DNA of 20,000 bases from Dehalococcoidia bacterium (GTDB taxonomy: Bacteria > Chloroflexota > Dehalococcoidia > DSTF01 > JACRBR01): assembly GCA_041494685.1 (NCBI GenBank), contig JBGQBE010000002.1, positions 177,754-197,753 of the forward strand, in the 5' to 3' direction. Shown piece after piece: positions 17,091 through 20,000 of this stretch (positions are counted from its first letter, which is position 1; the number at the start of each line of letters is the position of its first letter). The notes under the pieces are model-generated. The model saw only the letters and a list, made by a program, of their open reading frames with translations. It was not told where the DNA came from and made no database searches. A program made the translations under genes and the position numbers.

Positions 17091-17573
17091 CTAGTCTGAA
17101 GCTGAGCACGAGGCCGCGACGGCCTCTTCGGGCGAGAAGCGCCGCTTGAAGTTGAAGGCGTACGGCGTCGGGCCGTCCGCGCGCAGGTGCGCCAGCCGCT
17201 CCTCCGCCTCGGCCACGGACGGCAAGTGCCCCGCCGGCAGCCACCACATCGCCAGGTACGGGCGGGGGGCGTGCTCGAACCACTCGCGCCGGCGGCGGAA
17301 CATCTCGACGTGGTCGCTGTGGTACGTGTACTCGAACAGCGCCTCGATCGACTCCCACACCGTGAAGTTCACGACCACCAGCGGGTCGTCGTCCACCCGC
17401 ACATCGGTGGAGTCGCCGCTGGCCGACTGGAGGTGCCAGACGAAGCCGGGAGTGCGGTCGCCGAGCGTGTTGATGCGCTGGAGGTTCGCCACGAAGCCGG
17501 CGACGCGCTGGTCGTCCAGCGGAGCGATGAGCTTCGCGACGTTGTACTGCGCCAGGTGCCAGTCGCCGCTCAC
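17091..17573 (-). CDS. DUF3291 family protein
   Basis: WHLAQYNVAKL.APLDD...GF..NL..IN.L.D.TPGFVW.LQ, NFTVWESIEAL, RRRREWF, GPTPYAF. GTG start overlaps the ketosynthase stop (GTGA). Confidence 0.85.
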   Translation of the reverse strand: MSGDWHLAQYNVAKLIAPLDDQRVAGFVANLQRINTLGDRTPGFVWHLQSASGDSTDVRVDDDPLVVVNFTVWESIEALFEYTYHSDHVEMFRRRREWFEHAPRPYLAMWWLPAGHLPSVAEAEERLAHLRADGPTPYAFNFKRRFSPEEAVAASCSASD

Positions 17574-18730
17574 GGCCGGGACAGGATCAGGCTGGCGTTG
17601 TGGCCCGTGCCGAACGCGTTCACCAGCGCCTTCGAGCCGTGCAGCCGCCGCACGTCGTCCGTGACGATCTCCAGCTGCCCGCACTCCGGATCCTGCTCGT
17701 CGAGGTTCGCCGTCGGCGGGATCAGCCCGGACTGCAAACAGTAGATCGCCGCGATCGCGTTGAACGCGCCGGATGCGCCGAGCGTGTGCCCCAGCGCCCC
17801 CTTGATCGAGGTGAGCCACAGTCGGTCCGTGTTCGGCCCCCAGACGCGCCGGATCGCCTGCCCCTCGACCGCGTCGATCGATGAGCCGCCGCCGCTGCCG
17901 AAGATCACGTCGATCTCGCCCTGCAGCGTCAGATCCCATTTCGTCAGCGCTGCCTGCATCGCGCGGCCGGTGTCCACGACGTTCGCCGCGGGGTGCGCGA
18001 CCGGCGCGCGGTTGAACGTCGCGCCGTAGCCCTCGACATACGCGAGGATGTGCGCGCCGCGCCGCACCGCCACGTCCTCGTCCTCCAGCACCACCGCCGC
18101 CGCGCCTTCGCTCAGGGCGATGCCGTCGCGCGCGATGTCGTACGGCCGCACGGCGCGCGCCGGGTTGGCGTTGTTGCGCGTCAGGAACCCCATGCGCTCG
18201 TAATCCCGCAAGGCCTCCAGCGTCACTGGCGCGTCCGCGCCGCCCGCGACGGCGATCGCGCACTCCTCGCGCCGGATCCACTCCGCCGCCTCGCCGATCG
18301 CCATCATCCCGCTCGCCGCCAGCGCCGAGATGTGCGCCACCGGCCCGGCCGCGCTGATCGTGCGCGCCACACTGGCCGCTGTCGTCGTGAAGTGCTCCGG
18401 GATCTCGCTGCCGAAGGCGACGCCGATCTGCGTCACCGTCTCCGCCTTGATCGGCACGGCCGCCTCGATCAACGCCTGGATCGCCGCGTCCGTCGCGAAG
18501 AGCGCGCGCCGGTCCAGCAGCGCGGCCGCTTCCGGATCCATATCCTCGCGCGGCGCATAGTCGCGCAGCTGCCCGGCGACGCGGCAGCCGAGGCCGGACG
18601 TATCGAACGAAGTGATGGGCGCGACGGCGCTGACGCCGGCCTGCAGCCCGGCCCAGAGCGCGGTGCCGCCCCGTCCGAACGGCGATACCGCCCCGATGCC
18701 GGTGATGCAGACGCGTCTTGGTTCAGCCAT
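17570..18730 (-). CDS. Beta-ketoacyl-ACP synthase (FabF)-like protein with degenerate active site
   Basis: RRVCITGIGAVSPFG, RPYDIARDGIALSEGAA, SIKGALGHTLGASGA, IPPTANL, NAFG.GHNASL. Catalytic Cys and first His are absent. TACCTT lies 6 nt before ATG 18730. Confidence 0.85.
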   Translation of the reverse strand: MAEPRRVCITGIGAVSPFGRGGTALWAGLQAGVSAVAPITSFDTSGLGCRVAGQLRDYAPREDMDPEAAALLDRRALFATDAAIQALIEAAVPIKAETVTQIGVAFGSEIPEHFTTTAASVARTISAAGPVAHISALAASGMMAIGEAAEWIRREECAIAVAGGADAPVTLEALRDYERMGFLTRNNANPARAVRPYDIARDGIALSEGAAAVVLEDEDVAVRRGAHILAYVEGYGATFNRAPVAHPAANVVDTGRAMQAALTKWDLTLQGEIDVIFGSGGGSSIDAVEGQAIRRVWGPNTDRLWLTSIKGALGHTLGASGAFNAIAAIYCLQSGLIPPTANLDEQDPECGQLEIVTDDVRRLHGSKALVNAFGTGHNASLILSRP

Positions 18731-18773
18731 GCACCGAAGGTAGCGGCTGCGTCGGGCGCGCGCCACCAATGAG

Positions 18774-20000
18774 CTACCGCCGCGCCGTCCGCTTCCGGAG
18801 GATCTGCGCCTCCGGCACCCAACGCGCCCGCAGCGCACCGACCAGGAACATCGAGCCGGCGACGCAGACGATGTCGCGCGCCCGCGCCGCGCCCAGCGCC
18901 AGGTCGAGCGCGCGCTCGCTGTCCGGCTCGAAGGCGACGTTCGCCGCACCCAGGGCACGCCGGAAGCCCGCCAGCATCCGCGCCGGGTCGCCGATGCGTT
19001 CGCCGAGCGGCGGCTGCGTCAACACGATGCGGTCCGCCACCGAGGCGAACGCCCGCACCATCGCCGGCTGGTCTTTGTCGGCCAGGATGCCCGCGACCAT
19101 GTGCAGCCGCACGCCGTCGCTCAGCCAGTGCGCCCGCAGCGCCTCGGCCAGACGCCGCGCCTCCACGGGATTGTGCGCCGAATCGAGCAGCACGCGCGGC
19201 CGGTCCTGCACCCGCTCCAGCCGCCCGCTGATCCGCACCGACGCCAGCCCCTCGCGCACCGCCGCCGCGTCGATCGCGATGCCCGCCGCCGCACCGTGCG
19301 CCAGCGCTGCCGCCACGGCTAGCGCGGCGTTGTCCGCCTGGTACGCGCCCGCCAGCGGCAGCCGCAGCTTCTCGAAGGCGCCCAGCGGCGTCGTGACGGC
19401 CAGCGTGCTGCCGTGCGCGTCCGCTGTCGCGACGCGCACGCGCACGTCGCGTCCCAGCCGCCAGAGCGGCGCGCCGGTCTCGGCGCAGCGCGCGGCGATC
19501 ACGTCCAGCGCCTCGCGCCGCGACGCGCCCGTGATCACGGCCTCGCCGCCGCGGATCAACGCTGCCTTCTCGCGCGTGATCGATGGGATCGACCAGCCGA
19601 GCCGCTCGCGGTGCTCGAAGTCGACGTTCGTGATCACGGTTGCGGACTTCTCCGCGAAGACGTTGCTGTAGTCGGTGCGGCCACCGAGCCCCGCCTCCAC
19701 GACGGCCGCGCCGCAGCGCTCCTCCGCGAAGTGGCGCATGCCCGCCGCGAACGCCACCTCCACCAGCGACGGCCGGCCGAAGCCCGTGCCGTCCAGCACC
19801 TCCATGTGCATCTGCCGCACCAGCGGGTCGAACCCGAGCACCGTGTCAGCGAACGCGTCCGGCGCGATCAGCACGCCATCCACGTCGATCCGCTCGATGA
19901 AGGTCTGGAGGTGCGGCGACGTGTACAGCCCGGTCCGCACGCCTGCCGCGCGCAGGATCGACGCCGTGATCGCGGAGGTCGATCCCTTCCCGGCGCTGCC
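18774..20000 (-). CDS. folC: Folylpolyglutamate synthase/dihydrofolate synthase (5' end outside window)
   Basis: Frame is open to the window edge: GSAGKGST P-loop, GLYTSPHL, VEAGLGGRTD, GRLE, DSAHNP, AGSMFLVG. Confidence 0.88.
   Translation of the reverse strand, partial: GSAGKGSTSAITASILRAAGVRTGLYTSPHLQTFIERIDVDGVLIAPDAFADTVLGFDPLVRQMHMEVLDGTGFGRPSLVEVAFAAGMRHFAEERCGAAVVEAGLGGRTDYSNVFAEKSATVITNVDFEHRERLGWSIPSITREKAALIRGGEAVITGASRREALDVIAARCAETGAPLWRLGRDVRVRVATADAHGSTLAVTTPLGAFEKLRLPLAGAYQADNAALAVAAALAHGAAAGIAIDAAAVREGLASVRISGRLERVQDRPRVLLDSAHNPVEARRLAEALRAHWLSDGVRLHMVAGILADKDQPAMVRAFASVADRIVLTQPPLGERIGDPARMLAGFRRALGAANVAFEPDSERALDLALGAARARDIVCVAGSMFLVGALRARWVPEAQILRKRTARR

Noticed and set aside
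17574..18281. N-terminal extension of the DUF3291 ORF to 396 aa
   Set aside because: Off-frame overlap with the ketosynthase gene; family similarity begins at GTG 17573.
17570..18730. Type II PKS gene cluster
   Set aside because: No active KS, ACP, cyclase or reductase nearby; flanked by folC and DUF3291.

Overview
GC-rich bacterial window; the gene styles suggest Chloroflexota (Dehalococcoidia-like), which is inference only. Contents in order: alpha/beta hydrolase and small membrane protein (-); a lower-GC DUF5131 (CX6CXXC) + TcmP-like methyltransferase-fold cassette whose second gene has a 1-nt frameshift (+); amtB-glnK behind four phased GlnR-like boxes (-); nucleotide-sugar dehydrogenase, Gfo/Idh/MocA oxidoreductase, FDH-N-like formyltransferase, acyl-CoA dehydrogenase and GNAT (-); a perfect 28-bp palindrome before a heterodimeric ABC exporter (+); an uncharacterised five-gene operon (RHH regulator, small helical protein, duplicated-hairpin membrane protein, Cys-less thioredoxin fold, DUF4097) with TGATGGC repeats over its promoter (-); DUF3291, a catalytically degenerate ketosynthase and a partial folC (-). 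No rRNA, tRNA, CRISPR array or transposase was seen. All family calls come from motif recognition by eye, not database searches.
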